Source: Macrostomum lignano (taxonomy: Eukaryota). From it: 64,000 bases of DNA. Below the pieces are notes generated by a model that worked only from the letters and a program-made list of their open reading frames with translations, had not been told where the DNA came from and made no database searches. The translations under genes and the position numbers were made by a program. The stretch covers positions 96,669 through 160,668 of the forward strand of contig NIVC01002578.1 of assembly GCA_002269645.1 (NCBI GenBank). Reading direction: 5' to 3'. This document shows, piece after piece, positions 38,516 to 52,500 of this stretch (the stretch's first letter is position 1; the number at the start of each line of letters is the position of its first letter).

Positions 38516-39316
38516 CAATGCAAATCCCACAATAAAATTCGATCGCTCAATATGCACCGAAAGTAAGTAGCTCGAAGGACAAAGAAACTGAAATTTTTCT
38601 TTGCTTTGCATAGATAGCTAGCGCTTTTGTAGATGTGTTAGATTATGGTTTTTGTTTAACAGATCCCAGTTTAACAGTATAAAAAAGATATATCTACACC
38701 CCGTGGTATTATTAAGTATCGCAATAATTATCCTTTTTTCACTATTTGCTGCGTGCTAAAACAAAAACTCTTATAGTGTATTTATTTATTGTATGAGGTT
38801 AATTATTTGCATTGGATTATTTATGCACACTGTATAGTGCAATTATAAATGAGAGCATGCTACATGCAATGAAGATACATGTACCTGTTCTTAAAAGTGC
38901 AGTTGCTTTAGTCAAATTGACTTGATGGTAGGTAGCGTATATGGTGTCAAAATAATTATAACAAATATAACGATTATTGTTATTTCGATAAATAAATTTA
39001 ATGACTGTCTGAAATTTTGTGTAAATTGTTTAGTGATCTTACATCTTTGTTATCTTAGTTAGCCAGTAAAGTAATACAAATTAAAAGAAATTGAAGTCAA
39101 CTGTTTTGTAGAGAACGAGTGTAGCTAGCTGTGCGCTCGTAATTGCAATCAAGAAAAAGTTTTCTATTGAATAAAAAATATTGAAAAAGACCCACAATGT
39201 TTCTTTAATTCTTCTGTCTAAAGCAAACCGAAAAAGCATCATCTAGATAATTAGTTGTATAACCTAGGCATGCTTTTACTAGTGTATATAATTGGCCAGG
39301 TGCCAATAGTGAGCAA

Positions 39317-42067
39317 TCAGACTCTGGTAACGCGCACTGGCAACTGTTGCCAAATTTGAGCAGCTCCCACAGACACCGAAGGTCCCAATCGGCCCTCAAT
39401 TTCTGACTGCCGTCTGCTGCCCTTCGCCATAGCGGCCGCGGCCGTCGCTGACATTATCGACACCCGTCGGATCCTCTCTGCATTATTGTCGCTCTGCTCA
39501 GTGCGATTACCCATCCTTCGCCGATGAGCAATCATGTTGAGCATAACCGCCAGCTGGAGGAGGAGCTCGGCCACTTCGCACACAGTCAGCACGCTGATGC
39601 CAATGTACAGTCCTAGGATGCCTCCCATGTCCGAGAGTAGGTCGTAAAGCTCATACGCAAAGCTCTCATCTGTTTTAATGTCGCGACCCTGCGCGTCGGC
39701 CACATCGAATCGAATAGCAAGAAAGTTTTTATTTGCTATGCGACCGAACAAGCTTGAGTTAGCATTTCTAAGCTCTCTCGATGACGATCGCAGCACATAA
39801 GACTGGTACAAGTTCCAATTGGATTGTTGTAGGAAAGCCTCATCAACTATTGAGCCATTGTTCGGATAGTACGAGTTGGAGTGAAGCCACCTCTGCAGCG
39901 TTGGCCCAAGAAAGTCACCAATCTCGGGACCCTCGGGCCAGGCAATGGGCATTACGCTGGTCTCATAGATTTTAGCTTGACAACGATTGATGCAGCGCTG
40001 ATGCATTCGCGAATCGTTTCTGGCTGCCACCAGGGCCCTACGTAAGCAGATCTCATTGTCCAGAAGTGTGTCAATGATAGCTGGAAGTTCCGAAGCATTC
40101 GAGCCTAAGAAGGTCTGGTAAACGTAGTCAATGAGGCTAGCTGGATCGCGCCGTGCTAGTCCAATTCTGGACAGCAGGTGGCTAAGATTGCCTCTTCGGA
40201 CCTGGCTGAACATGGAGACGGTGAGCGGCAGGGTTGGGTCGATGAATCCACAACGTTCAAGCAGCACTTCCTGCGTCAGAGTCACGAGGCAGTCGGCTAG
40301 CTGGGCTTGAAATGTCTCTGGTTGCGGTGAGTGATCTTTCTGAACCATGTACTGCACTTGAGCATTGGATTCGTCAGTGGCCGACATGCATCTGTATTTC
40401 CTAGTGCTCTTTGAGGTGTACTCCAAGTAGCGAATGCTCACTACAGTCTCCTGGTTAACTGGTGCCTCGATCTGGTTTTCCTGAGTCGGATATGTCCCAG
40501 GTTGGTGAACGAAAACCACAGCGCCGCCTGGCTTCTGCATGTTGAACCAATCGCCAGGCAGCTTCAGCAGGGCATCAGTCACCGCGGGGCTGCTGTGATG
40601 CGAGTCGACGAACATGCCGATGCGAAGCCCGTTCAGACTGTTCTTGGTCACATTTGGTCGCCTCTGGCTAAAGCGCTGCACACTGAAGGTAGCGCAGGAA
40701 GGGAACGCCGGCAGAGAGCGCAGCTGAAAGTCGTTGATGTCGCAGGCCCGAGTGCCGTACGTGCAGGACAACAAGCCCTGGCTTGGGTCCGCTCTGAACT
40801 GGGACAGGAACCTGTCGCCCCACGTGTCTCGAATGACTAGATCTGTTGGCATTAAGCATACACGGAAACAGTGGTCAGCTATTGAAATAGCAAAAATGTT
40901 TAGATGAAATGTGCATTACCACCGAAAGAGGATAACAGGTTGGTCATGTGGCCGAAAATTTATACTCAACCAGTATCAGCAATCTGTCCATTTTTTTATT
41001 ACACTACATGCTTCGCTTCGAAAGTCAGCGCATATTGGTAGCACCAAAAATCCTAACACACAAAGAAGGCGAGTTGCCATCTAAGCAACTTGTATTTTTT
41101 CATTCCGCTTTTTGTCTACATTTTTGGGGCATATGGATAGCAAATAACTGCATATTTTTAATGAGACGCTTGTCGGGTTTCGGCCTTAAAGAAAAGCTCT
41201 GAACCAATTTAAACTGAGATGAGTTTGAATTGCTAGCTTGAACTCTGAACAGGCACCGAAATGAAAGTTACGTCATTTACTAAGAAGTGACTAATAGAAT
41301 GTTTTAGTATCGGTCACATCATCGGTCTACCGCTATAAGAATATGTACACTTAATTTCATCATGGGAACTTGTATAGTCTGACACGCATTGCTTCTAGTC
41401 ACCAATGTCATCGGTTTATTCGGAATGTACATATAGAGAGACAAACAACTTAAGTCTCAATAGAACGTTTTCACCTACTTGGCAGGTTGTAAGCGCTCTC
41501 GTCCTCGATTTGTAGCAAGTTACTATCAGTTTCATAGGCGCCATAGTTGAGCATCAGATACCGTCTCGCACTAAGTCCGAGAACCTGTCGAATCTTCTGC
41601 ACACTGTCGAACACTGGTCGAAACTCGGGCGCAATGTCGTGCCGAAACTCCGTTTGATCCGGTGCCGAAGCGTTTGCCGCCAATGTACTATTAAATATCC
41701 GACTAATGGCGAACATCATCCGATTGCAGATTGTGATGTCTGGCGGAATGTACTTGTTACCTCTGGCGTTAATCTTGGTTGTGATTGGCTCATCTCTGTA
41801 CTTGGTAACCAAGCTAGACATGTTTACAGTCAGTGCGACAAAAGCTGCCGTGATGACCAAAGCCCAGCCAATCTGACAGGATTTCACCGGATGATTGAGC
41901 CGGGCCATACCGTGAGCACTGGTGCAGGCTGCGAATACTCGCAGGGTACTAATAAGGTCGCTAGCTCGAATCGTCTGAATGCCGGGAACTCGATTGTAGC
42001 TGTCCAGTCGCTGAGACGGTGGCTTTCCAACTTTGGCGGCGGACGCTAGAACAGCACTTTTCTTCAT
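39317..42067 (-). CDS. DEG/ENaC family amiloride-sensitive channel, 704 aa; exons 42067-41479, 40842-39317
   Basis: TSAHG pre-TM1 motif, TM1, PDITICN, CTYGTRACDINDF, VHQPGTYP, TM2 LLSDMGGILGLYIGISVLT. Phase-1 GT-AG intron. Confidence 0.95.
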
Positions 42068-42799
42068 TATTTGAATGGGATGAGTCTTCCAAGTTAGAAT
42101 GCCTGCAGGTCCTGATCAGCAGCTACCTGTGCACAGCGGTCTATTTAGTGGCTTAACTGTGAGCCGGTGCATTTTGCCAGCGCTTTTTGAGTGTCTTATT
42201 TGTGCAGCATATTTCTGGTTTTCTTTCTTATGCCTCAGATGTACTCAACAGTAAACTGGCAGCCTGAGATAGAGCTTCATTGTTCATTTGTACGAACAGA
42301 GCTGTACAGACAAAACGATGCAAGCTCACAAAAGAAGAGAATCCAAGTGCTCCAACTTACCCAGGGGTATAGTGTGTGTGTGTGTTCATTTTAAATTTCT
42401 TGCTACTGTCATTACTAGTATAGCCAGAACTAAAAATGCAAAAGAAGCACATGGACATTTTTGTGGGATTTATTTGGTTTAATGCTATCATCGTACACAA
42501 TAAGCTTTCTCTGCTAGCTTGCTACTAAGGACTGTTTGCTGACTATATCTACATGTACATTTAGCTCATAGAATTAAAAGCTGTATAGTCTATGGTCACA
42601 AGAGGATGCACGTCCAAGTTTTTTCATGTTTGCTGTGTTGCTGAATATTAATTATACGAGTTACGTTTATACAAATATTCTGATCTTAAGTTTGATTCAC
42701 ACTGCCATCAAATAAGCCACCCAATCATACGACCGATGGACAAAGAAATGAAATTTGATGCACGAGTCGTGTGATCACACGACTTTCGGCCTTTTAGAT

Positions 42800-43074
42800 G
42801 CTTTTTATTACAACCTGCCCTAATGGGCAGATGTGCACCGACAGCTCAGCCGCAGCTATTGCGCGGCGCATCTGAAGGCTGCGTACGGCTGTTCAGTCCA
42901 AGGACTGGGGGGTCGCCACACACACCCTCAATTACCCCAGCTAATGCTGGAACCCATTTTACAACAGAGTTAAGTGTCTTGCTCAAGGACACAAATTGTT
43001 CGAGTAAGTTGAGAATCGAAGCCCCGACCTTTCAGTCGTGAGTTCGACGCTCTAACGACTAGGCTACAATCCCC
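42800..43074 (-). mobile_element. tRNA-derived SINE with Meta/CORE-like central domain (copy 1)
   Basis: A box TAGCCTAGTCG, B-box-like GCTTCGATT, GTGTCCTTGAGCAAGACACTTAAC, GTAAAATGGG; homologous to 62823-63105. Confidence 0.85.
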
Positions 43075-43562
43075 TTCTAAGCTAAAACCCCCTCAAATTT
43101 CGGTATGAATGAACCGCTCGTAAACTTGGAAAGAAATCGCTCTTTTAAGAATATTACGAGCGTAATATCATTATAAAATTTATACGGTTCCTTTCTATCC
43201 CTATTTTAAGCATCAACACAAGAATTAAATCAGAAATAACATTGAGACTGCTCATACAATTGAACAAACGTTTTTATTTATAATTCATATTTAATTTAAA
43301 TTTGATCCGTAAACTGACTGAATTAAAAAACAGCATGCGTAAAGTTCTCTAGATACCTCTATTTCGAGCGCACGAGGAATCGGTGAAGAATGACAGTTTT
43401 AATTTTTGGCAATAATTTCAACGAAACAAGCAATGGAATTCATTAGTTATAAAATTTTCGAGTGACATTTGAAACATAAATGAAGCCATAATATATAGTT
43501 CGTATTACTCGTATAAAATCCGGCACGATTTGCCTTGGCTTTCAGATCAGGTTTATGCTTGT

Positions 43563-46500
43563 TTACCGTCTGGTAAAGAAGGCTTTGGTGTCGCGCCAGA
43601 TTGGATTGCCTCTGGAGTGCAGGACGGCCATCAGCATCACGATGCCCAGGACCATGCCGATAACGGACGTCGTCACAAAGACCGCTGCAGCTGCTCCAGT
43701 GGTTAAGCCGACTCGAGTGTCCTCTCCGGTTTGAGGCTTTGTGGTCTGGTATTTAGTACCGTCCGGATTGTATAGTCCTGAAAATGGACAAATGGCTAAT
43801 ATGTAATTTTACACACTTAGCTTAATTTGGTTACTTTAAGACCTTAAGGCTTTTAGACCAAGTCAGATTGCCGTACGTGTCTGTTTAGCTGGTTAGCTGC
43901 CTATTTCTTCAAATGCTCTGTCATTACCTATAATTCTTGTTGATTAGATCTCTAAAGAGACAGTTTTTTTAAAGTTTTCGGTTATAAAACGGCTAGATAA
44001 GCTTTCAGTGACCTTTTTGAGTGGCTCTTCCTAAGGTGATACTCTTAATTAGAAAAAAGCGACATTTGTATAAAATAAATTCTCTTTAATTGAAAAAGGA
44101 TCAACTTCAGCCGTTCCCGGTTTACAAGACGATATTAACTTACTCTTGAGATAGTCGCACTTCAGTCCTGTCCCAGAATCGCTTTCCGGTGGCGTTTTGG
44201 CGTCCAACGTCAGAATGGCGCAATCGCCCGTGGCGTTGCAGAAGTAGTAACCCTGACAGTCCAGCCCGAACTCCTCAGTGCACTTCCTGGCGCAACGATC
44301 TTCGGTTAGACCGCCGAACAATTTCAAATCCTGGATTGGTTAGTAGAATAGAGGGGTAGAAATTGAAATTGATGGATCCTACTTTAAAAATTGGAGTTCG
44401 CTGCTGAGTTGTCGAGTTTCGTTTGTCTAGCCAATTCGCTAATAAGAGGCAAACAATGAAGGCAAAGTAGTATGATTTGCATGCGCATACCTAACTCATG
44501 GACATCTAGAGCAGGAGGACAATACACTCGATTTTCTTAGAAACGAACTGGAGACCGTTAAGGAACGTATATTTGTCGTAACTGGAACAGATGGCGCTGA
44601 ATGAGACCTCGCCATGGACGCTCCAGCTAATTTTTAAGAAAATTGAGAGTAGCGTCTATTTCGGTTGTCTATGGTCCAACAACGAAAAGGCCAGGGTTGC
44701 TGTGAACCGCTTGTGAACACATGGCCTGTGCACTGAAGCTAATCCGTGTGGGTCTGTGTTCAGTCTCGTAAGAGGTATAGAGTATAAAAATATTTAATTG
44801 GACGTCCTGCACAATATGTATATCATATTAGAGTGTCTTAATATCAGAAGTTGTTTTTGTTTTCAGAAAAATACTCATCAGTGTTTAATCACCTGAAAGA
44901 GCGGGTCCGTTAAAGTTGTGGATCGGACAAAGTCGACCACGAATGATCTGGAATAGTGCGTGCACTCGCTGCGATTCCCTGTGATGCCTGTGTCGTCAGT
45001 GAGGTGACCCGAGTCCAGGTAGCACTGCTGTTTGCCTTCGACGCTGCAAACATCGAAACTGCGGCATCCAACATCCGTGGAGTTGCTGTTGCTTTCCGTG
45101 GATTGTTGACGCTGGTCGCAGAGCGTGGCGCACTGATCGGGTTTAGTGACCACGCCTGATGGTTTCTTGCCGGTGATGTAGATTCTTGAAGTGCCTTGCA
45201 GCTGACGGTATTTAGCTAGCTCATTCTCTGCGGGTTGGTATAATGGGTTCTTACGTACGATTCTGATTTTTCAAGATTTCTTATTTATTTCTCCAATAAT
45301 CGACATCTATCGTTCGTATTTTTTGAATCTCTTTTCCTCAGATGTAAGAGCATTGCTAGATTTTAATCCCATTATAGATCAATAAAAAGAAACCAATATC
45401 CTCACTTATGTAGATGTTGCACCTCGCTCGGTCGAGGGTATTCGTTTTGCCTTCGTTGGGAGCGTCCTCGCTCAGGTAGCACACGCCCAAATCGTAGCAG
45501 TAAGTCACCGACTGGCACTTGAATTCGGTTTCATCCAGGCAGGCCAGAGCACAATCGTCCGCCGAAACTTTGTTCTCCACTTGTCGTTTCGGATCGCGCA
45601 TCGACAGGCGTTCGATTGCGTCGAACTGTTGGAGGTGCCGGCCTCTCAGCGGGTTGTAAACGTCTGGACGAATTTCGAAGCGTTCGACGGACATCGCTCG
45701 GAAAGTGTGCGATCGGCCTTGCTTGGCAACGATAGGAACCAGGAATTGACCAGAGTTCACTACGGAGCTGATGCTGAACCAGGCCTCTTCGAGGGACTGC
45801 TCAGAGACTCGCGACGATGAGTTAGTTGGGCCTTAAGTTATATTGGATAGGGTTGTTGACGGATCGGCAAACTCATGTCCGCGGGCCACATGCAGCCCAT
45901 GAATCCTCTCTATCTGGCCCTCGGGTCGTTTGAATTTTCACAAAAGCAATCCGGCCTTCTTAAGGTTTCTGTCTCTTCTGTCATCTCTCTCTTCTCTGTA
46001 GTAATTTTTCTCTGTTCTCTCCTGTTCTCTCCCTTCTCTCCTGTTCTTTCCCTCTCATCTCCTTTCTCCTTTCCTCTCTCGTCTCTCCTTTTTTTCTCTC
46101 TCCTTTTCTTTTCCATTTCTTCTTTCCTCTGTCCTCTCTCTTTTCTGCTCCAATTCTGTCGCTTCTATCTTCTCCTTTATCCCTCGCCTCTACTTCACCA
46201 TCTCTCTTCTCTCTTCTCTAGTCCATCAGTCAATTTCCTCTCTCCTCTCTGGCTCGCAGTCATGCACTAGATTCTCTATCTTGCCCTTGTGGTAAGAAAA
46301 CGTCGATGACAAAATATATGCTTTTGCATTACATCGACGGATAGCGACGTCATACGTCAGCGACGTCATAGACGCCGGATTGCCGTACGAATTTTGGTCC
46401 CAATTTGGCAACCTCTTATATAATTCAACATCGTCTGATGACTATGGTCCTAAATATCTCAACTTACAGAAGAATACATCTACATGGAATTTAGTTAGTT

Positions 46501-49500
46501 TATGTTTTAATTGTTACATTAAGTTAAAAATCAAAAAACATCGGTGAAAAACAGAATTGGTTTAAAAAACTAATGACCTTTTATTAGCATCAGAAACTAC
46601 TTACGCACAAAAACCGAGCAAGTATAAGCCCCTTGAGTATTCTTCTGGTAGCCGAACAGAGCCGAATAGAGACAGTTCCGACCCTGAGGCAGATTCGGTC
46701 CCGAGCAAAAAGCGACAGTGTTGCAGCCGCTCGATACTTCCGTGTTGCAGGACTCGAGGCAAGATTCCTCGTTATTCTGCTGGGCTGAGTCGTCGATGCG
46801 AAGTACGGTGGGGTTCTTCGAGCTGTCCACTTTGATGAACTGAGCTGTTGAATGTTTTGAAATAATGGATAACTGCAAATTATCTTAATTCACCTTTTGT
46901 TGGATGTTACATATTTTGTAAACTTTACGGAGTAGTCCTTTTTGATGCAGTGATTATGAATTACTCAGTAGAGGAACGCTACAACTCAACTTTCTTTAAA
47001 AGTAGCTGGGAGGCCGATAAGAAACGACAAAATATGGTATGTCGTTCGGTTTACCTAATATTTCATGAGCTCATTTACTACAGACTTTGATGGCCACTGG
47101 CCTTCTCACAGACCGAGCTTCAAGACCTTTAACAGGTGAAACTACATGTAGGCGACAATGGACGCTCTGATCTCTATAAAAATTACTCTAAAATCCGACC
47201 TTCCTGCAGAGTCGTTTTGTATCTCGATGGCTAGAGGTTTTAACTTGCTCTATATTTGAGAATTCTACACTAAAAAGTGGTATTAAAGTTTCTTTTTAAT
47301 ACTCACAGTAGATATGCGGCTTATCTAGCAGAGTGACTGTCAAGTAGAGATATTTGTCATCATAGTCTAGCTGCGGGTGCTGGAATCGAATCGGGCTTGC
47401 CAAACCCATGTCACTGGCGACAAGAACTTTGACAGCGCTTCTGATGAATAGCTCCGTCAGGTTCATGTCCTTTGGCTTCATGGTGCCTAGAAAAGTAAAG
47501 GAGAACATATTTAAAAAGTGTATCTTTATTCGAAATAGTTTCATTAAAACTGGTAGTTTAATCCAGAAAACTACCATTGATAGCTGAAAACTTGAGCACA
47601 AAGTTGAGTCTCTGCTCTTGTGTATAGCAGGAGCCGACATCAAACTGGAATGGCTGAAGCTGGTCGACATCCGTGCCTGTGCTGCTGTCCGGGTCCGACA
47701 CTTCAAAGTTGAAGAAGTTGTACCGTTCATAGTGGCTGAAGGACGGATCGCCTTCCTGTAGACAAGAAATGAGGGCTTCTGCTGTTGAAAATCTGCCGAC
47801 TAAAGTTTAGTAATTAGGGCTAAATGTTTTTCTCTAGACAGGAGCTAGCTCTGGACCAAACCGAAGCAAAGCTCCGGACCAAACCGAAGCAAAGCTCCGG
47901 ACCAAACCGAAGCAAAGCTCCGGACCAAACCGAAGCAAAGCTCCGAACCAAACTCAAGCAAAGCTCCGGACCAAACCGAAGCAAAGCTCCGGACCAAACC
48001 GAAGCAAAGCTCCGGACCAAACCGAAGCAAAGCTCCGAACCAAACTCAAGCAAAGCTCCAGACCAAACCGAAGCAAAGCTCCGAACCAAACTCAAGCAAA
48101 GCTCCGGACCAAACCGAAGCAAAGCTCCGAACCAAACTCAAGCAAAGCTCCGAACCAAACTGAAGCAAAGCTCCGAACCAAACTGAAGCAAAGCTCCGGA
48201 CCAAACCGACTACGCTTTTCTGTTTTCAAGCCATTCTTTTTCTAAAATTTCCATTCCGTCGCCTGAGTGCTCAGCATGGCTGGACATCTACGAGGTGTGT
48301 CCCAAAAGTTCCCGGAATGTCTAACGTAGCTCTTCAACGGAGCCATGAAATTTCACGCCCATGGTGTCAAATGAAAGGAAATTTTGTCACGAAGAAAACA
48401 AAGTTAAAATCATGTTGATATCTTTTTTTACTCAGGAGCTGCAGCTGGAGCTGACTATTGCTGCCAGTTTAAAAACTGCTATACACTAAATGTTTTACAC
48501 AACCAAGAAGGGAGCGTTTCATCTTTTCTCACCGAACCGTCCGCGTTGTACGAAGTGATCCGCAGCTCGATGGGCACACTTTTGCCTAAGCCAACTTGAC
48601 CTTTGCCAATGGCAATCTCCGTAACACTCTCCTGCGTTAGTTGTGTAAATAGGGATTACATTTCGTTTAGATTTTAATCACAGCAGATCTTATTTTAAAG
48701 CACATTTTAAAGTCAAACGTACATCGAGGATGAAGTATTCGTAGGTAACGTTGATCACGAGTCCTTTAGTTTGCATTGTACGCAGAGAAATATAGATGTC
48801 TACTGGGAGGCCGCGAACCATACCCTGAAAAATTAGTAAAATACTAGCAATCTTCGCCCCCCGATGGGGGACATCTGGATAGAATCTCTGTTCTCTACAC
48901 CGATCAAAAACACTGCCAAATAAAGCCTTCACAAAGACAATAGACAAACTGCTCAAATGAAGAGCAATGCGAAAATAAATCATCCCAAGACAGCAAGCAT
49001 CCCCCAGATAGCAAGCATCCCCCAAATAGCAAGCATCCCCAGATAGCAAGCACCCCCAGATAGCAAGCACCCCCAGATAGCAAGCAACCCCAGATAGCAA
49101 GCATCCACCTAATAGCAAGTATCGATCCTTAAATAGCAAGCATCCACCAGACAATAAGTAGCTAGTGCAACAATTTCCTTAGCTTTATAGTGGCTCCTTT
49201 ATTATTGGCATGACGCTTATTTTTACGTTTGAAATGGTGTCTCTTATGTTTGCCATGGTGGCTCTTAAATGTTTGCCATGATGGGTCTTTTATGTTAGGC
49301 ATGGAGTCACATATATGTTTCTCAATAGAATCTCTGTTCTCTACAAGTAACAAAAAGACAGCCAAATAGAGCTTTCACAAAGACAACAGAAAAACTGCTC
49401 AAATGAAGTGCAACGCAAAAAAAAACATCCCAAGACAGCAAGCATTGCCCCCCAGGGGATAGCATGACAAGCACCCCCCCCCCCAGATAGCAAGCACCCC

Positions 49501-52500
49501 CAGATAGCAAGCACCCCCAGAAAGCCAGAACCCCCAAGATAGCAAGCATCCCCCAGATAGCAAGCACCCCCAGATAGCAAGCACCCCCAGATAGCCAGAA
49601 CCCCCAAGATAGCAAGCATCCCCCAGATAGCAAGCACCCCCAGATAGCAAGCACCCCCAGAAAGCCAGAACCCCCAGGATAGCAAGCATCCCCCAGATAG
49701 GAAGCATCCCCCCTCCCAGATAGCAAGCATCCCCCAGATAGCAAGCATCCCCAAATAGTAAGCATCCACCAGACAATAAGTAGCTAGTGCAACAATTTCC
49801 TTAGCTCTATAGTGGCTCCTTTAAAATTGGCATGACGCTTACTTTTACGTTTGAAATTGTGTATTTTTTATGTTTGATATGGTGGCTCTTTTATGATTGA
49901 CATGGTGGCTCTTTTATGTTTGACATGGTGGCTCTTTTATGTTTGACATGGTGGCTCTTTTATGTTTGACATGGTGGCTCTTTAATGTTTGACATGGTGT
50001 CTCTTTAATGTTTGACCTGGTGGCACTTTACTGTCTGCAATGATGGCTCTTTAATGTTTGACATGGAGTCACGTATACGCTTGACATAGTGACTCGTTAA
50101 TGTTCGACATGGTGGCTCTTTAATGTTAGACATGGAGTCACATATATGTTGGACATGGTGGCTCTTTAATGTTGGACATGGTGGCTCTTTAATGTTAGAC
50201 ATGGTGGCTCTTTAATGTTGGACATGGTGGCTCTTTAATGTTAGACATGGTGGCTCTTTAATGTTGGACATGGTGGCTCTTTAATGTTAGACATGGTGGC
50301 TCTTTAATGTTTGACATGGTGGCTCTTTATTATTCGACATGGTGGCTCTTTTATGTTTGACATGGTAGGTCTTTTATATTCGACATGGTGGCTCTTTAAT
50401 GTTGACATGGAGTCACGTATATATGTTTTACATGGAGTCACAAATATGTTTGACATGGTGGCTCTTTAATGCTTGACATGGTGGTTCTTTTACGTTTGAC
50501 ATGGTGTCTCTTTTATGTTTGGCATAGTGGCTCTTTTCTGTTTGACATGGTAGCTCTTTAATGTTCGACATTGTGCCACTTGTATGTTTGACATTGTGCT
50601 TCTTTTATGTTTAGCAGTTTCGTATTTTCAAGGTGTTTTAATAAAAAAATTACTTTGCACTACCAAGATTCGAACCCAGGTCGCTACGTTGGCAGTCAAG
50701 TCTGTTCGTATCTAGGCTATCTCTTTTCGATTGGAGTACATGAATTGTGGCCCTTATAATTCAATTCTTACAGCAAGTCAATTAGAGTAAAATTATGACA
50801 TAATCAATTTCTCAGTCAGCCAGTATCAGTCTCAATTCAAGTTAGCAATATTGGTTACGCAATTTAAATCAAGTCGTGTGTGCATTTCTTCGACACTGTT
50901 TTCAACTTGCTGTGATGTAATCTTTATTAGAATTGAAATTCAGTCAGTCAGGTTTTTCTCTAGCATTCTTACAATGCATTTCAAGTCGAAAATTTTGCTT
51001 GACCTTTGCAAAAAAGCTTGTTTTTCGAATATTTAATCCCTTTAACATTGAGCAATTTCTTAGCCAAGATGCATGTACCGTCCCAGGAAAATTTCTGATC
51101 GAATGGTGCAAATTTGAAGAAAATCGGTTGAGCCATTTTTTCTGAAATCTATCGCATAGCTAGATACAGACAACTCATTTTTAGTATATAGGACTAGCAA
51201 TCTTCGCCCCCCGTTGGGGGACATCTGGATAGAATCTCTGTTCTCTAAAAGTAACAAAAAGACAGCCAAATAAAGCCTTCACAAAGACAACAGAAAAACT
51301 GCTCAAATAAAGTGTAATGCAAAAAGAAATCATCCCAAGACAGCAAGCATCCCCCAGATAGCAAGCATCCCCCAGATTGCAAGCATCCCCCAGATAGCAA
51401 GCATCCCCCAGATAGCAAGCATCCCCAAATAGCAAGCATCCCCCAGATAGCAAGCGTCCCCCAGATAGCAAGCATCCCCCAAATAGCAAGCATCCCCCAG
51501 ATAGCAAGCATCCCCCAGATAGCAAGCATCCCCCAAATAGCAAGCATCCCCCAGATAGCAAGCATCCCCCTCCCAGATAGCGAGCATCCCCCAGATAGCA
51601 AGCATCCCCAAATAGTAAGCATCCACCAGACAATAAGTAGCTAGTGCAACAATTTCCTTAGCTCTATAGTGGCTCCTTTAAAATTGGCATGACGCTTACT
51701 TTTACGTTTGAAATTGTGTATTTTTTATGTTTGATATGGTGGCTCTTTTATGTTTGGCATGGTGGCTCTCTTATGTGTGACATGGTGGCTCTTTAATGTT
51801 CGACATGGTGGCTCTTTTATGTTTGACATGGTGGCTCTTTTATGTTTGGCATGGTGGCTCTCTTATGTGTGACATGGTGGCTCTCTTATGTTTGACATGG
51901 TGGCTCTTTTATGTTTGACATGGTGGCTCTTTTATTTTTGGCATGGTGGCTCTTTAATGTTCGACATGGTGGCTCTTTTATGTTTGGCATGGTGGCTCTT
52001 TTATGTTTGACATGGTGGCTCTTTAATGTTTGACATGGTGGCTCTTTAATATTCCCCGAGATAGCAAGCATCCCCCAGATAGCAAGCATCCCCCAGATAG
52101 CAAGCATCCCCCAGATAGGAAGCATCCCCCTCCCGGATAGCAAGCATCCCCCAGATAGCAAGCATCCCCAAATAGTAAGCATCCACCAGACAATAAGTAG
52201 CTAGTGCAACAATTTCCTTAGCTCTATAGTGGCTCCTTTAAAATTGACATGACGCTTACTTTTACGTTTGAAATTGTGTATCTTTTATGTTTGACATGGT
52301 GGCTCTTTAATGTTAGACATGGTGGCTGTTTAATTTTTGACATGGTGCTCTTTAATGTTTGACATGGTGGTCCTTTTATGTTTGACATGGTGGCTCTTTA
52401 GTGTTTGACATGGTGGCTCTTTAATGTTCGACATGGTGGCCCTTTAATGTTTGACATGGTGGCTCTTTACTGTTTGACATGAAGTCACATATATGTTTGA

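Noticed and set aside
40502-42049. Plus-strand ORFs overlapping the DEG/ENaC gene
   Set aside because: Antisense shadows of a GC-rich coding sequence; no recognisable motifs.
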